Positions 15,739 through 24,940 are shown, numbered from the stretch's first letter. The stretch: DNA of 27,755 nucleotides from an uncultured Gemmatimonadota bacterium (GCA_964584035.1 CAZOYL010000024.1:1-27755), one strand, 5' to 3'. Numbers and translations are program-made. Notes: generated by a model from the sequence alone, not told the origin.

Positions 15739-17775
15739 CTATTTCAGGTTCACCAGGCCGGTGTCGAATTCGCCCACCGGGTTGGAATCATCCGATTCCT
15801 TGGTGACTGAGACGGCCCTCACCGAGTAGTAATAATGGGTGCTGGTGCTGCCCACCACACCGGTGTCCAGGTAGAACAGGGCCGTGGTGGAATCCAGCAG
15901 GGTCGTCCCCACCGATCCGGGATCGGTGTCCCGATAGATCTTGTAGCGATCGACCCAGACCGGATGGTCATTGGGGTTCAGGGTCACGTGAGACCACTCC
16001 AGCTGGACATCGCCGCTGCCGGATTTGGCCCCGCCCGACAGGGTGACGGCCAGATCGTCCACCGGCTTGGGGATCACGTCCAGGAAGTATCCGAACTTGT
16101 CCGTGGGCCGAACCTGCGGGTTGCCCACGCCGTAGTTGTCGTCGTCGGTGATGTGAATTCTGTTGACGTAGGCCGGCAGATCGTTGTCAAAAGCACCGTT
16201 GCCATATTTATACTCCACCCATTCGCTGGAGCCCATGGGGAAGGTTATGGTGGCAGACCAGATGTTATCATCGGCGGTGACATCGCCGTTATAGCCCTCA
16301 TCGTTGAGGGTGTCGTCGTTAGCCGGATCGAAATCCCAGCTCAGCGGTGCCACGCTGCCCACCAGCAGCAGCGGCAGCATCACCGAGTCGGCGGTGCTCA
16401 TATCGACCGAGAAGACCACGGGAACATCGTGGTTGGCCTGCTCCTGGGTGGTGTAGGTCAGATCAAAAGCCGTCTGATCGACGATCTGGAACTGCCAGTT
16501 TCCATCGATCCAGTTGCCGGCCGTGTCGGTGACACCCCATTCCCAGGTGTTGGCCCCGCCGTCGACCACCAGATCGAGAGAGTGCTTCCAGACGTGGTCG
16601 TTGGGGGTGTCATCGCCGTTGGTACCATCGTCGTACATGTCATACAGGAAGCCCAAACCCCAGGAAGGATCATAGGCATGGTAGGCGTTGGTGTCAAAGC
16701 TGCCCTTGAACTTGAAGCCCGGCTGCCAGACGCTGTCGGCGGAGTCGTCCACGATGAAGGTCACCACGGCGATGCCGAATCCGGTAAAGGTGGCCTGGTC
16801 GTGATCGGGGTGGATATAATTGCCGTTCATATCCTCCACCGCGTGGCCCACCGAGACCGTATACACGACGCCGAAGGTCTGAGCGCTGGTGGTCAGCCTG
16901 ACGCCGTCGACACCCAGCGATTCGGCCGCCGTCACCGAAAGGCCGGCGATGGCGTAGTTGCTGGGATTGAAGGCCGATGTGTCCATGGCCTCGCTGAAGC
17001 TCAGGTCCACAGAGGTCGGACCGGTGGCCACCGCGCCGTCCAGCCACGGTTTGGTGGTATCGGCGCCGCTGGACTGGTGGACCAGTGTGGACAGATCGAG
17101 GTAGGCCATCATCTGCCAGCTGCTGTCCGGATCGGCGTTCCAGTCATCGAAGGGATCGTTGGAGGTGTCGCGGGCGTTATCGTTGTTGTTTCCTCCGGTG
17201 CTCCATACTTCGCACCACAGGGACTCCGGGGAGGTGATCCTGGATTTCTCGATCTTCCACTCGATGCCCGAGGGGGTCCCGGCGCTGAGCCCAACCCCAT
17301 CGAGATTCCCGTACTGCGTCCAGCTGCCGGCGCTGTCGTTGTAGGCCCAGAGTTGGGTGTGAAAAACGTCATAGGCCCCGCCGTCCACCCAGCTGTAAAA
17401 ACCGTATTCAGGCAGATGCGGATTGGTCCCCCGGACATTGCGCACCCAGGCATCGGAGGTATCGGCTCCCGAATCAGTGATCCCATCTATATCCAAATAG
17501 ATGGCGTATTTGCCCCAGTTGGTCGTTCCGATATCATCGTTGATGGTGAAGCAAAAATACCAGTAGGTGGCGTCATTGCAGACATAGAAGTCGAGCAGGT
17601 CCATGTTCGCGTTCCCGCCTCCATCTCCACCGGGATCTGACGCCTCGGCCGCGCCGTAAACACCATCGACGACACCATCCATAACGGGCGAGCCGAATCC
17701 CTCGGCCCAGACGAGTCCGGACCAGAATAACGCGCAGGCTGCTAAGGTGATCAGGGACAAGAAGAATTTATTCAT
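15739..17775 (-). CDS. Secreted acidic multidomain beta protein (DOMON/CBM9-like, Ig-like, two choice-of-anchor X-like motifs, C-terminal FN3-like); start revised to MNKFFLS
   Basis: GGAGGAG RBS; signal peptide LVWA|E; VDLSFSEAMD...SNY Ig-like; MYDDGTNGD..NDHVW and LNDEGYNGD..DDNIWS; YYYSVRAV..SNPVGEF. Confidence 0.8.
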   Translation of the reverse strand: MNKFFLSLITLAACALFWSGLVWAEGFGSPVMDGVVDGVYGAAEASDPGGDGGGNANMDLLDFYVCNDATYWYFCFTINDDIGTTNWGKYAIYLDIDGITDSGADTSDAWVRNVRGTNPHLPEYGFYSWVDGGAYDVFHTQLWAYNDSAGSWTQYGNLDGVGLSAGTPSGIEWKIEKSRITSPESLWCEVWSTGGNNNDNARDTSNDPFDDWNADPDSSWQMMAYLDLSTLVHQSSGADTTKPWLDGAVATGPTSVDLSFSEAMDTSAFNPSNYAIAGLSVTAAESLGVDGVRLTTSAQTFGVVYTVSVGHAVEDMNGNYIHPDHDQATFTGFGIAVVTFIVDDSADSVWQPGFKFKGSFDTNAYHAYDPSWGLGFLYDMYDDGTNGDDTPNDHVWKHSLDLVVDGGANTWEWGVTDTAGNWIDGNWQFQIVDQTAFDLTYTTQEQANHDVPVVFSVDMSTADSVMLPLLLVGSVAPLSWDFDPANDDTLNDEGYNGDVTADDNIWSATITFPMGSSEWVEYKYGNGAFDNDLPAYVNRIHITDDDNYGVGNPQVRPTDKFGYFLDVIPKPVDDLAVTLSGGAKSGSGDVQLEWSHVTLNPNDHPVWVDRYKIYRDTDPGSVGTTLLDSTTALFYLDTGVVGSTSTHYYYSVRAVSVTKESDDSNPVGEFDTGLVNLK

Positions 17776-17852
17776 TTTCTCCTCCTTTCCGTCCCTTTCG
17801 GGTGAGAAAAAGATCGTATACCGCTTCAACGGGTATACCTTCTTACTCTATC

Positions 17853-17881
17853 ATTTTACCAGATAGTAAAAATTCTGTCAA
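17853..17881 (-). promoter_or_regulatory. Sigma70 promoter with extended -10
   Basis: TTGACA, 17 nt ending TGG, TAAAAT. Confidence 0.8.
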
Positions 17882-17966
17882 GACCTTTTTTCATATTTTC
17901 GGAGAATTCCTGTTCGCGGCAAGATGGCCGGAATCAGCACGGGCACTGAAAATTCTTTTCCGGCGA

Positions 17967-20522
17967 TTATTTCGCGTTCCCAATTTCTTTGTTGAACTCG
18001 CCCACCCGGTTGGATTCCTCCGATTTCTGCCCTCCCGTATCGATCGCTTTAACCGTGTAATAATAATCCGTTCCGGTCGCTCCCGGATCGGTGAAGGTGA
18101 TGTCCGGCGTCCCGGCCAGAGAATCGCCGGGCAACTCCGCCGCGCTGCTGCGGTAGATGATGTAGCCGGAAATGCCGCACTCGCTGAACGGCTCGGTCCA
18201 CCGCAGGGAGACATCCTCTTTCGACAGGATGCCGGTCAGGTCGTCGACGGCCTGGGGCGGTGAACAGACGTTCACCTGCAGGAGGGGATCGCCGATCAGG
18301 GCCATGCCGTAGTACCAGCACACCTCCCAGTTGTCGAAGCCGTCGGTCCCCTGATTCCGGAACCATTCCTGAAAGGCCTTCCCCAGGCAACGGCCGCGGC
18401 CCAGCTGTTCGTAAAAATCCTCGAAATAAAGCATCGATCCGGATTTGGCTGATCCGATGGCGGCCAGGCCGTATGTGTCGGCGAAGGTATAGCGGCCGGC
18501 GATATAATTCGACTCGGTGAACCGCGCCGCCGAACAGGCGAACAGGTTGTACAGGATCCCATCAGGGTCGATGGTCTGGATATCGTTCGAAGACAGAGAT
18601 CCGCCATCCTCCGAAAAATGGGTTTCCAGATCGAACCAGTTGGTGCCGGCAAATCCGGGCTTCCAGCGATGCAGACCGCTGCTGTCGTTCTCGGCCGGGG
18701 TGACGGTGGCCTCGCCGCCCAGATAGTCCTGCGTCAGCCGCGTGGAGGCATTATGGTTCTTGTAGATGCCGTTGGTCAGCCAGCCGTGGATATATTGGGA
18801 AGGCGTCGGGGCCGGGTCATAGGCCAAACCGTCCAGGGCCAGCTTCTGATCGTCTCCGACGCGCCCGGACAGCTCGGCGCCGTACCAGACGCTGATCTTG
18901 ACCAGCAGCCGGTTCCAGCCCGCCTCCAGGCTCAGGGCGATCTGCTGGGCGTCGGCCTCATAGTCGTGATAAGTATTGTTGTAATAGACCACGGCCCCGT
19001 TGAGCCAGACCTTGGCTCCAGAGTATGTGCCCAGCCACAGTGCGGCCGGCCGGGCCGAGTCGCTGTACACGTGGGTGAAGGCGTACACCGCGCCGACGTC
19101 CATATCGCTGTAGAGGGTGGAGAAATCGAGATAGCCCGAGCCGATATCCCATAGCTGCCAGGTCTGACCCCCGGAGATCAGGCCCTCGTAGGCGTCGATG
19201 TCGGCCTCTCCCTCCAGAAAATCATGGCTCAGTGCCCCCCAGAAATTGCTCCAGTAGTGGAACCCGTTGGTCAGCCAGGCGCTGATATAGGGGGCATGCC
19301 GGACCGGGCCGGCCGGATCCTCAAGATGGGTGCTGATGCCGGGGATGAGGTATCCTTCGGAGTCGCAGAGGCGGGCCGAGAACTTGTACGTATCCTTATC
19401 CTGGACCACTTTGACCAGGAGGTTGTTGGTGCCGCTGTCCAGGGTGGCGGAGACGACATCGGCCAGGAAATCGTTAGTCCCATCGGGATCGGTGAGGATC
19501 TCACTGCCGTTGAGCCAGACCTTGAAGCCATCCTGTCCCTGGATGCGGAAATCACAATTGCGGGCCGAATCCGACTCGACGTAGGCATGCGCGTAGGAGG
19601 CGCAATCGCATGGCCGGGAGCTGAATTGATGTCCCTCCGGCCAGGAGTGGGCGCAGACCTGAACGGTCTCGTACCCGGTGCCCAATTCGACGGCATAGGT
19701 GTCGGCCACGGTGGTCTGGTGATCGTTGGAGACCTTCACCAGAGGGCCATAGATGGAGTCCATCCCACAGGTCTCCCAGGAGCTCCAATCGTCATCGATG
19801 AAGGTGATCCCCCTCCGGGGCTGCGAAAGCAGTCCATCCCGGTAGGCGGCGATCTTGGCCAGCAGACCGTTGATGTAATCGGCCTCGTCACCGCCCAACG
19901 TTGAGGCCGTCATCCTTCCCACCCAGATCTCCGGCAAGCGGTCCCCCGAGTGTATGTCGTAAATGCCGTTGACATCGCTGTCCGACCAGGTGCCGTCGAG
20001 GTCCATGAAGAAATAGTCGCAGGGGTATTCCTCGTAAGTGCCATCGTCCCAGGTGGACTCGTGCCAGGCCACCGGCAGATCGCCGATCAGGAGCGCCCCG
20101 ACCAGCCCCTGGGAGATGTACACCGAACCGAGGTAGTCCCGAAACTCCATCGGCGTGCCGCCAAACGCGGTGTCCAGCACCACGGCGACGGCGTACCCCT
20201 GAAATTCCAGATCGGACACGTAGCCCAGCAGGGCCGTCTCGATCTGCGGGTAGAGAGCTTCCTCCACGACGATCAGCACATGATTGTCCAGAGATTTCCC
20301 GAAGGTCCGGTGGACCGGCTGGATCTTCAACGGGGGCTGCTGGTGCAGCCCGTGGGCGGCGATGAAATCCTCATAGGAGCCCGGCATGCTGCCGGGCGGG
20401 CCGGCCCAGTGAAGGCGTTCGACCTGACGATAGGACCGCGTTTGGCCGGCGGCCGCCGTCACCAGGGCACCGGCCAGGCAGACGATCAGGGCGGCATTCC
20501 ACCACCATCGGTGCGGCATCAT
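17967..20522 (-). CDS. Secreted C25 (gingipain)-like cysteine peptidase with a large internal beta-domain insert and C-terminal FN3-like module
   Basis: GALLIGDLP, PCDYFFMDLDG, PEIWVGRM, CAHS (His292), YNLFACS (Cys663), YGMALIGDPLL; signal peptide. Confidence 0.8.
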   Translation of the reverse strand: MMPHRWWWNAALIVCLAGALVTAAAGQTRSYRQVERLHWAGPPGSMPGSYEDFIAAHGLHQQPPLKIQPVHRTFGKSLDNHVLIVVEEALYPQIETALLGYVSDLEFQGYAVAVVLDTAFGGTPMEFRDYLGSVYISQGLVGALLIGDLPVAWHESTWDDGTYEEYPCDYFFMDLDGTWSDSDVNGIYDIHSGDRLPEIWVGRMTASTLGGDEADYINGLLAKIAAYRDGLLSQPRRGITFIDDDWSSWETCGMDSIYGPLVKVSNDHQTTVADTYAVELGTGYETVQVCAHSWPEGHQFSSRPCDCASYAHAYVESDSARNCDFRIQGQDGFKVWLNGSEILTDPDGTNDFLADVVSATLDSGTNNLLVKVVQDKDTYKFSARLCDSEGYLIPGISTHLEDPAGPVRHAPYISAWLTNGFHYWSNFWGALSHDFLEGEADIDAYEGLISGGQTWQLWDIGSGYLDFSTLYSDMDVGAVYAFTHVYSDSARPAALWLGTYSGAKVWLNGAVVYYNNTYHDYEADAQQIALSLEAGWNRLLVKISVWYGAELSGRVGDDQKLALDGLAYDPAPTPSQYIHGWLTNGIYKNHNASTRLTQDYLGGEATVTPAENDSSGLHRWKPGFAGTNWFDLETHFSEDGGSLSSNDIQTIDPDGILYNLFACSAARFTESNYIAGRYTFADTYGLAAIGSAKSGSMLYFEDFYEQLGRGRCLGKAFQEWFRNQGTDGFDNWEVCWYYGMALIGDPLLQVNVCSPPQAVDDLTGILSKEDVSLRWTEPFSECGISGYIIYRSSAAELPGDSLAGTPDITFTDPGATGTDYYYTVKAIDTGGQKSEESNRVGEFNKEIGNAK

Positions 20523-20607
20523 CGCTCCTCTCTCATGATCGGCGAGCGATCAGTCTTCTGTTAGCCATCTGAAAATGACCGCCACAGACGTACCAATCTT
20601 TCCTTTT

Positions 20608-20636
20608 ATTCTACCACATATCTGCACTCCTGTCAA
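20608..20636 (-). promoter_or_regulatory. Sigma70 promoter with extended -10
   Basis: TTGACA, 17 nt ending TGTGG, TAGAAT. Confidence 0.8.
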
Positions 20637-20662
20637 GGAGTTTTCAGACTGGAGCCGTAAAG

Positions 20663-20688
20663 AAAAAAAGGACCCGACTGCGGGTCCT
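20663..20688 (-). terminator. Intrinsic terminator of the kor operon
   Basis: Minus strand AGGACCCG-cagt-CGGGTCCT then T-tract. Confidence 0.88.
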
Positions 20689-20725
20689 GTATGGGCGGAG
20701 CATCCTGAGCGATCGCGACCGGTGC

Positions 20726-21289
20726 TCACCGGGAAACAGTTAGCTTCTCTCCAACCTGGAAACCTTTTTGCAGGGCCTGTCGATTTAATTCCCTGCTCCC
20801 TTCGGGCACGATCTCCAGAACGGCCTTCTCCACCGATTCCAGGCTGAGCACTTTCGTTACGCCGCACAGGGCGCCGATCATGACGATATTGGCGACCACT
20901 TCCAGGCCCAATTCCTTGGCGATTCGCTGGGCCGGAATACGATGAAAAGCCGCTGCCGGTTCACTGTGAACCAGGTCCTCATCGATCAGCACGATGGTGT
21001 TCGGCCCGACCTCGGCGGCATACTGCCGGTAAGCCTGCTCCGACAGAGCCACGAGCACATCGGGAAGCTGTACGTAAGGATAATAGATCTGTTCTTCGGA
21101 GATCTTGACATCCGACTTGGTGACGCTGCCGCGCACCTCCGGGCCGTAGGACTGGGTCTGGATGGCGAACTTACCATCCTTCTGGGTGGCATGGCGCTGC
21201 TCATAAAGAACGGCGGCCCGGGCCAGGACGATGCCGGACAGAACGGCTCCCTGTCCGCCGGATCCGGCGAATCGGATGCTGATGCTCAT
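20726..21289 (-). CDS. korC: 2-oxoacid:ferredoxin oxidoreductase gamma subunit
   Basis: IRFAGSGGQG, QTQSYGPEVRG, ANIVMIGAL, N..AL..G. Confidence 0.9.
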   Translation of the reverse strand: MSISIRFAGSGGQGAVLSGIVLARAAVLYEQRHATQKDGKFAIQTQSYGPEVRGSVTKSDVKISEEQIYYPYVQLPDVLVALSEQAYRQYAAEVGPNTIVLIDEDLVHSEPAAAFHRIPAQRIAKELGLEVVANIVMIGALCGVTKVLSLESVEKAVLEIVPEGSRELNRQALQKGFQVGEKLTVSR

Positions 21290-22089
21290 TTCCTGACCCC
21301 TATGGCTTTGGTATAGGCCTCCCGGTCCCGCTCCACGAATTCGCCCACCGTAATCTTGCCCTGCAGGTTGAGGTCCAGCCGATCATCGGTGGCGTCTTGA
21401 GTTTTCTGACGGGGAAGCGAGTTCTCCTTGAGCCATTGAAACATCTCCCTGGTGCTGCCCATCCGGTTGCGGCGGCCGAACTGGGTGGGACACTGCGCGG
21501 CGATCTCCACGAAGGAAAATCCATCCTTCAGCAGGGCCTTTTTGATGGACCGGATCAGGGGCTTGACGTGAAAGGTCGTCCAGCGGGCCACATAGTTGGC
21601 TCCGGCGGCCAGGGCGATCTCGGAAAGATCGAAGGGATATTCCTTGCTGCCGGACGGTGTCGTGGAGCTGTAGAAATCTCTCGGCGTAGTGGTGGAGGCC
21701 TGCCCGCCGGTCATGCCGTAGATGTAGTTGTTGATACAGATGACGGTCAGGTCCACATTGCGGCGGCAGCCGTTGATGAAGTGATTGCCGCCGATGGCTC
21801 CCAGATCGCCGTCCCCGGAGAAGACGACCACCTTGAGATCCGGATTGGCCAGCTTGATGCCGGTGGCAAAGGGGATCGGGCGGCCGTGGGTGGAATGCAG
21901 CGAATCGGCGCGGATATATCCCGGTATCCGGCCGGAGCAGCCGATGCCGGAGACGAAGATGGTCCGATCCTGCGACAGCCCCGATCCTTCGAAGCCGCGG
22001 AAAAAACAGTTCATCACCGTACCGATGCCGCATCCGGGGCAGAACATGTGCGGCCAGCGGTCCCGGCGATAGAAGTCGAAGAAGTTCAT
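21286..22089 (-). CDS. korB: 2-oxoacid:ferredoxin oxidoreductase beta subunit (TPP-binding)
   Basis: FCPGCG, SGIGCSGR, HSTHGR, GDGD...NN, YGMTGGQ, QCPTQFGRRN. Confidence 0.93.
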   Translation of the reverse strand: MNFFDFYRRDRWPHMFCPGCGIGTVMNCFFRGFEGSGLSQDRTIFVSGIGCSGRIPGYIRADSLHSTHGRPIPFATGIKLANPDLKVVVFSGDGDLGAIGGNHFINGCRRNVDLTVICINNYIYGMTGGQASTTTPRDFYSSTTPSGSKEYPFDLSEIALAAGANYVARWTTFHVKPLIRSIKKALLKDGFSFVEIAAQCPTQFGRRNRMGSTREMFQWLKENSLPRQKTQDATDDRLDLNLQGKITVGEFVERDREAYTKAIGVRK

Positions 22090-22141
22090 GACGGCGATCC
22101 CTCGGGCGATCTCTCGGTAAAACCATCAGGGAAGAAAAACA

Positions 22142-23263
22142 TCATCCTTTCAGCCTCTCGACGATCTCCCCCGGGGTATGCACCTCTCCCCCGATCTTGG
22201 AGAATAGCTCGATCTGCCGGCAACCGGCCTGCCGGGCAACCCGCTCCACTTCCCAATACAATTGACCCAGGTTCATCTCCAGCACCAGCAGCCGTTTGGC
22301 CGTTGCCGCCACCCGGCGGAATTGCTCCTCCGGAAAGGGCCACAGGGTGACCAGCCGGAACAGGCCCACGTCTCCCCGCTGGCTGACCACCTCGAAGGCC
22401 GAGTTGGCCGGCGAGCCATAGGTCACCAGAAGGGTATCGGCATCCGGCCGCATGACTTCGCTGCGGCAGATCTGCTCGCGGTGATTCCGGATCTTGTCCA
22501 CCAGACGAGTCACCAGCCGCTGATGCACGGCCGGGTCGACCGTCTTGGGATATCCGGACACATCGTGGGTCAGCCCGGTGACATGCACCCGGTGCCCCTG
22601 GCCGAATTTCGGGAACTTCGGAACCAGGCCTTCATCACAGGCGAAGGCATTGTATTTGGCCGGCTCGGAGCACATATCGCGATTCAGGATGGGACGGCTA
22701 TCGGTCACGACGAATTTCCCGCGCATGTGGCCGATATCGGCATCCGAGAGTACGATGGCGGGAACGCGATACCGTTCCGAGAGATTGAAGGCCTCCACCG
22801 TCAGTTCGAACATCTCCTGCACCGAGTCGGGGGCCAGAACGATCGTCTCGTAATCGCCGTGGGAGCCCCACCGGGACTGCATCACGTCTCCCTGGGCCGC
22901 CCGGGTGGGCTGGCCGGTGGAGGGCCCGCCGCGCTGCACATCGATAATGACGATGGGCGTCTCGGTCATGCAGGCGTAGCCCAGGTTCTCCTGCATCAGG
23001 GAAAAGCCCGGACCGCTGGTGGCCGTCATGGTCTTGGCTCCCGTCCAGGAAGCCCCGATGATGGCGGCGATGGAGGCAATCTCGTCCTCTAACTGGATGG
23101 CGACGCCCCCGGCCTGTTTCAGGCGGGTGGACATGCGCTCGGCGATCTCGGTGGCCGGCGTGATGGGATAGCCGGCGAAAAATTTACAGCCGGCGTAAAT
23201 GGCTCCCTCGACGCAGGCCTCGTCGCCCTGCATGAAGTATGTCCCCGGTTTCAGTTTGCTCAT
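22142..23263 (-). CDS. korA: 2-oxoacid:ferredoxin oxidoreductase alpha subunit; start revised to MSKLKPG
   Basis: AGYPITPATE, QLEDEIAS, TATSGPGFSLMQE, QRGGPSTGQPT, EMNLGQ. Confidence 0.93.
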   Translation of the reverse strand: MSKLKPGTYFMQGDEACVEGAIYAGCKFFAGYPITPATEIAERMSTRLKQAGGVAIQLEDEIASIAAIIGASWTGAKTMTATSGPGFSLMQENLGYACMTETPIVIIDVQRGGPSTGQPTRAAQGDVMQSRWGSHGDYETIVLAPDSVQEMFELTVEAFNLSERYRVPAIVLSDADIGHMRGKFVVTDSRPILNRDMCSEPAKYNAFACDEGLVPKFPKFGQGHRVHVTGLTHDVSGYPKTVDPAVHQRLVTRLVDKIRNHREQICRSEVMRPDADTLLVTYGSPANSAFEVVSQRGDVGLFRLVTLWPFPEEQFRRVAATAKRLLVLEMNLGQLYWEVERVARQAGCRQIELFSKIGGEVHTPGEIVERLKG

Positions 23264-23330
23264 CTGCCTGACCGCCTGCTCCCTTTTGACTGTCCGCGAG
23301 CTTCGTGACCGCCCGCTCGCCTCAGAGCGC

Positions 23331-23564
23331 CTATTCGCCTGACCAGCCGATGGCCTGGTCGGGGCAGACCAGGATGCACATCTCACAGCGTTTTCTCTCG
23401 CCGGGGCCTCGTCCGGCATCGAGACATTTCTCCGGCTCGGCGATGCGGGGAACGAAATACCCCTGGGCCGAGGGCGCATCCCCCGCCTGATACACCCCGA
23501 CGGGACATTTGATGACGCACAGATCACAGCCCTTGCAGTAAGTTGGATCGATCTTGAGATGCAT
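23331..23564 (-). CDS. korD: 2[4Fe-4S] ferredoxin delta subunit; start revised to MHLKIDP
   Basis: CKGCDLCVIKCP and C-x12-CEMCILVCPDQAI. Confidence 0.88.
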   Translation of the reverse strand: MHLKIDPTYCKGCDLCVIKCPVGVYQAGDAPSAQGYFVPRIAEPEKCLDAGRGPGERKRCEMCILVCPDQAIGWSGE

Positions 23565-23650
23565 GGTGGACTCTCGATTGAAATGCCCAAGAGAGATGCA
23601 TCGAAACGGCGGCCTGACCGCCCGGCGCATCGTGCTTATTCCACTATACA

Positions 23651-23678
23651 ATATTATTCACCGTTTCCGGTTTGTCAA
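23651..23678 (-). promoter_or_regulatory. Putative sigma70 promoter of the kor operon
   Basis: TTGACA, 16 nt, TAATAT. Confidence 0.55.
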
Positions 23679-23750
23679 CCTCTTTCCCGTGAGCATGCCG
23701 AAAAGGCTCTGTTTCTCACTTCCGAAATCCTGATAGTCAACGCCCTCGAT

Positions 23751-23787
23751 AAAAAAGTGGGGCCGCTCTTCTGATGAACGGCCCCGC
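23751..23787 (-). terminator. Intrinsic terminator of the c-di-GMP cluster
   Basis: Minus strand GCGGGGCCGTTC-loop-GAGCGGCCCCAC then T6. Confidence 0.8.
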
Positions 23788-23838
23788 CTCCTGTCCTCAG
23801 GGCATCGCCATGGCCACGGGTCTTCCTGACGACAGGTG

Positions 23839-24921
23839 TTACTTTTCCGATGACGTATCCGGTACTGCCTTCAGGCCGGCCGGCCGACCATCATCCTGCT
23901 GCGCCTGCCGCAGGGCAGCATGAGCCGATTCCAGCAGCTCACCGGGCGTGTTGCCATCCCAGGGGTAGCTGACCACCGCCGTATGGACGCTCACTTTCCT
24001 CGCCGCCCGGCCATCGATTTTCTGCACCAGCTTTCCCTGCTCAACCGCGTCGCGGACCCGACGAGCCATCTTTAGGGCGCTATGGCCATCGGTCTCCGGA
24101 AGTACAGCAATAAACTGCCCCTCCTGATAGCGATAGATCGAATCTGTATTGCGCTTGAAGCTGATCAGAATGGCGCCCAGCTCTTTCATCAACCCATCGT
24201 CCCGTTCCGGTGCGGGGATTTGCTGATCGACTTGGAACCATCTGAGAGCCATCAACACCAGCGACAGAGGCCGCCGATAGCGCTTGGAGCGGTCGACCTC
24301 GGTCTTCAGATCTTCCTCCAGCCGGATCCGTTTGAGACAGCCGGTAAGGGAATCGTGGGTCGACAAAACCTCGATTTGGGAACGTAAGACCGACCGCTCG
24401 ACGGCCAACAACAACAGATCGGCCATCATCTGAAGGAAATTCTGCTCCTCCTCACCAAAGCCATCTTCCGACATGGATTCCAGATAGAGCAGTCCCCTGG
24501 CTTGCTCTCCACCGACCAGCGGGAGGCACATCAGCGACCGGGCCGGCCAGCCATCCGGCAGGCGGGCAGAAAGATCGGCGTCGGCGCGAACATCACCGGC
24601 GACCACCTGGCGCCCTGTGGTCAGGATGTGCCTGATCAGGGAATCATCGTCAAGCAGCTGCTCGGCCCGGTGGGTCTCTGAAAATCCTTCTCGGGCCAGC
24701 ACCCCGACCGAATCATCCGCAGCGACCACAAACATGGCACAGCCGGAGATGTCCAGCAGTGACGATAATTCCTCGACCAGAACTGCAGCAATCTGTTCCA
24801 GATCGATCTTTTTAAATACGCCCCTTTGTATTCTGGCGATGGCATTCATCCATTTCAATTGCCTTTCACGGTCATCCTCATCCACGATATTGCCCCCTTC
24901 CGGCACACTGACCTTTGGCAT
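23839..24921 (-). CDS. GAF plus degenerate GGDEF protein (start ATG 24921 or GTG 24885)
   Basis: GAF RSLMCLPL...GLLYLES...F; HDSLTG; A-site RYQEGQF; I-site RNTD. Confidence 0.85.
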   Translation of the reverse strand: MPKVSVPEGGNIVDEDDRERQLKWMNAIARIQRGVFKKIDLEQIAAVLVEELSSLLDISGCAMFVVAADDSVGVLAREGFSETHRAEQLLDDDSLIRHILTTGRQVVAGDVRADADLSARLPDGWPARSLMCLPLVGGEQARGLLYLESMSEDGFGEEEQNFLQMMADLLLLAVERSVLRSQIEVLSTHDSLTGCLKRIRLEEDLKTEVDRSKRYRRPLSLVLMALRWFQVDQQIPAPERDDGLMKELGAILISFKRNTDSIYRYQEGQFIAVLPETDGHSALKMARRVRDAVEQGKLVQKIDGRAARKVSVHTAVVSYPWDGNTPGELLESAHAALRQAQQDDGRPAGLKAVPDTSSEK

Positions 24922-24940
24922 AGAAAAGATATCTTTCTCT

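Noticed and set aside
15835..17640. 601-aa plus-strand ORF and other long plus-strand ORFs (e.g. 1036-2109, 8100-8993, 10333-11256, 21397-22350)
   Set aside because: Each lies antisense to a well-supported gene and has no recognisable motifs; expected from stop-poor reverse frames in high-GC coding DNA.
22142..23590. Extended 482-aa KorA overlapping korD, and similarly extended starts for hflC, hflK, perR and the HD-GYP gene
   Set aside because: The extensions overlap upstream genes or promoters and lack family motifs; downstream starts fit better.
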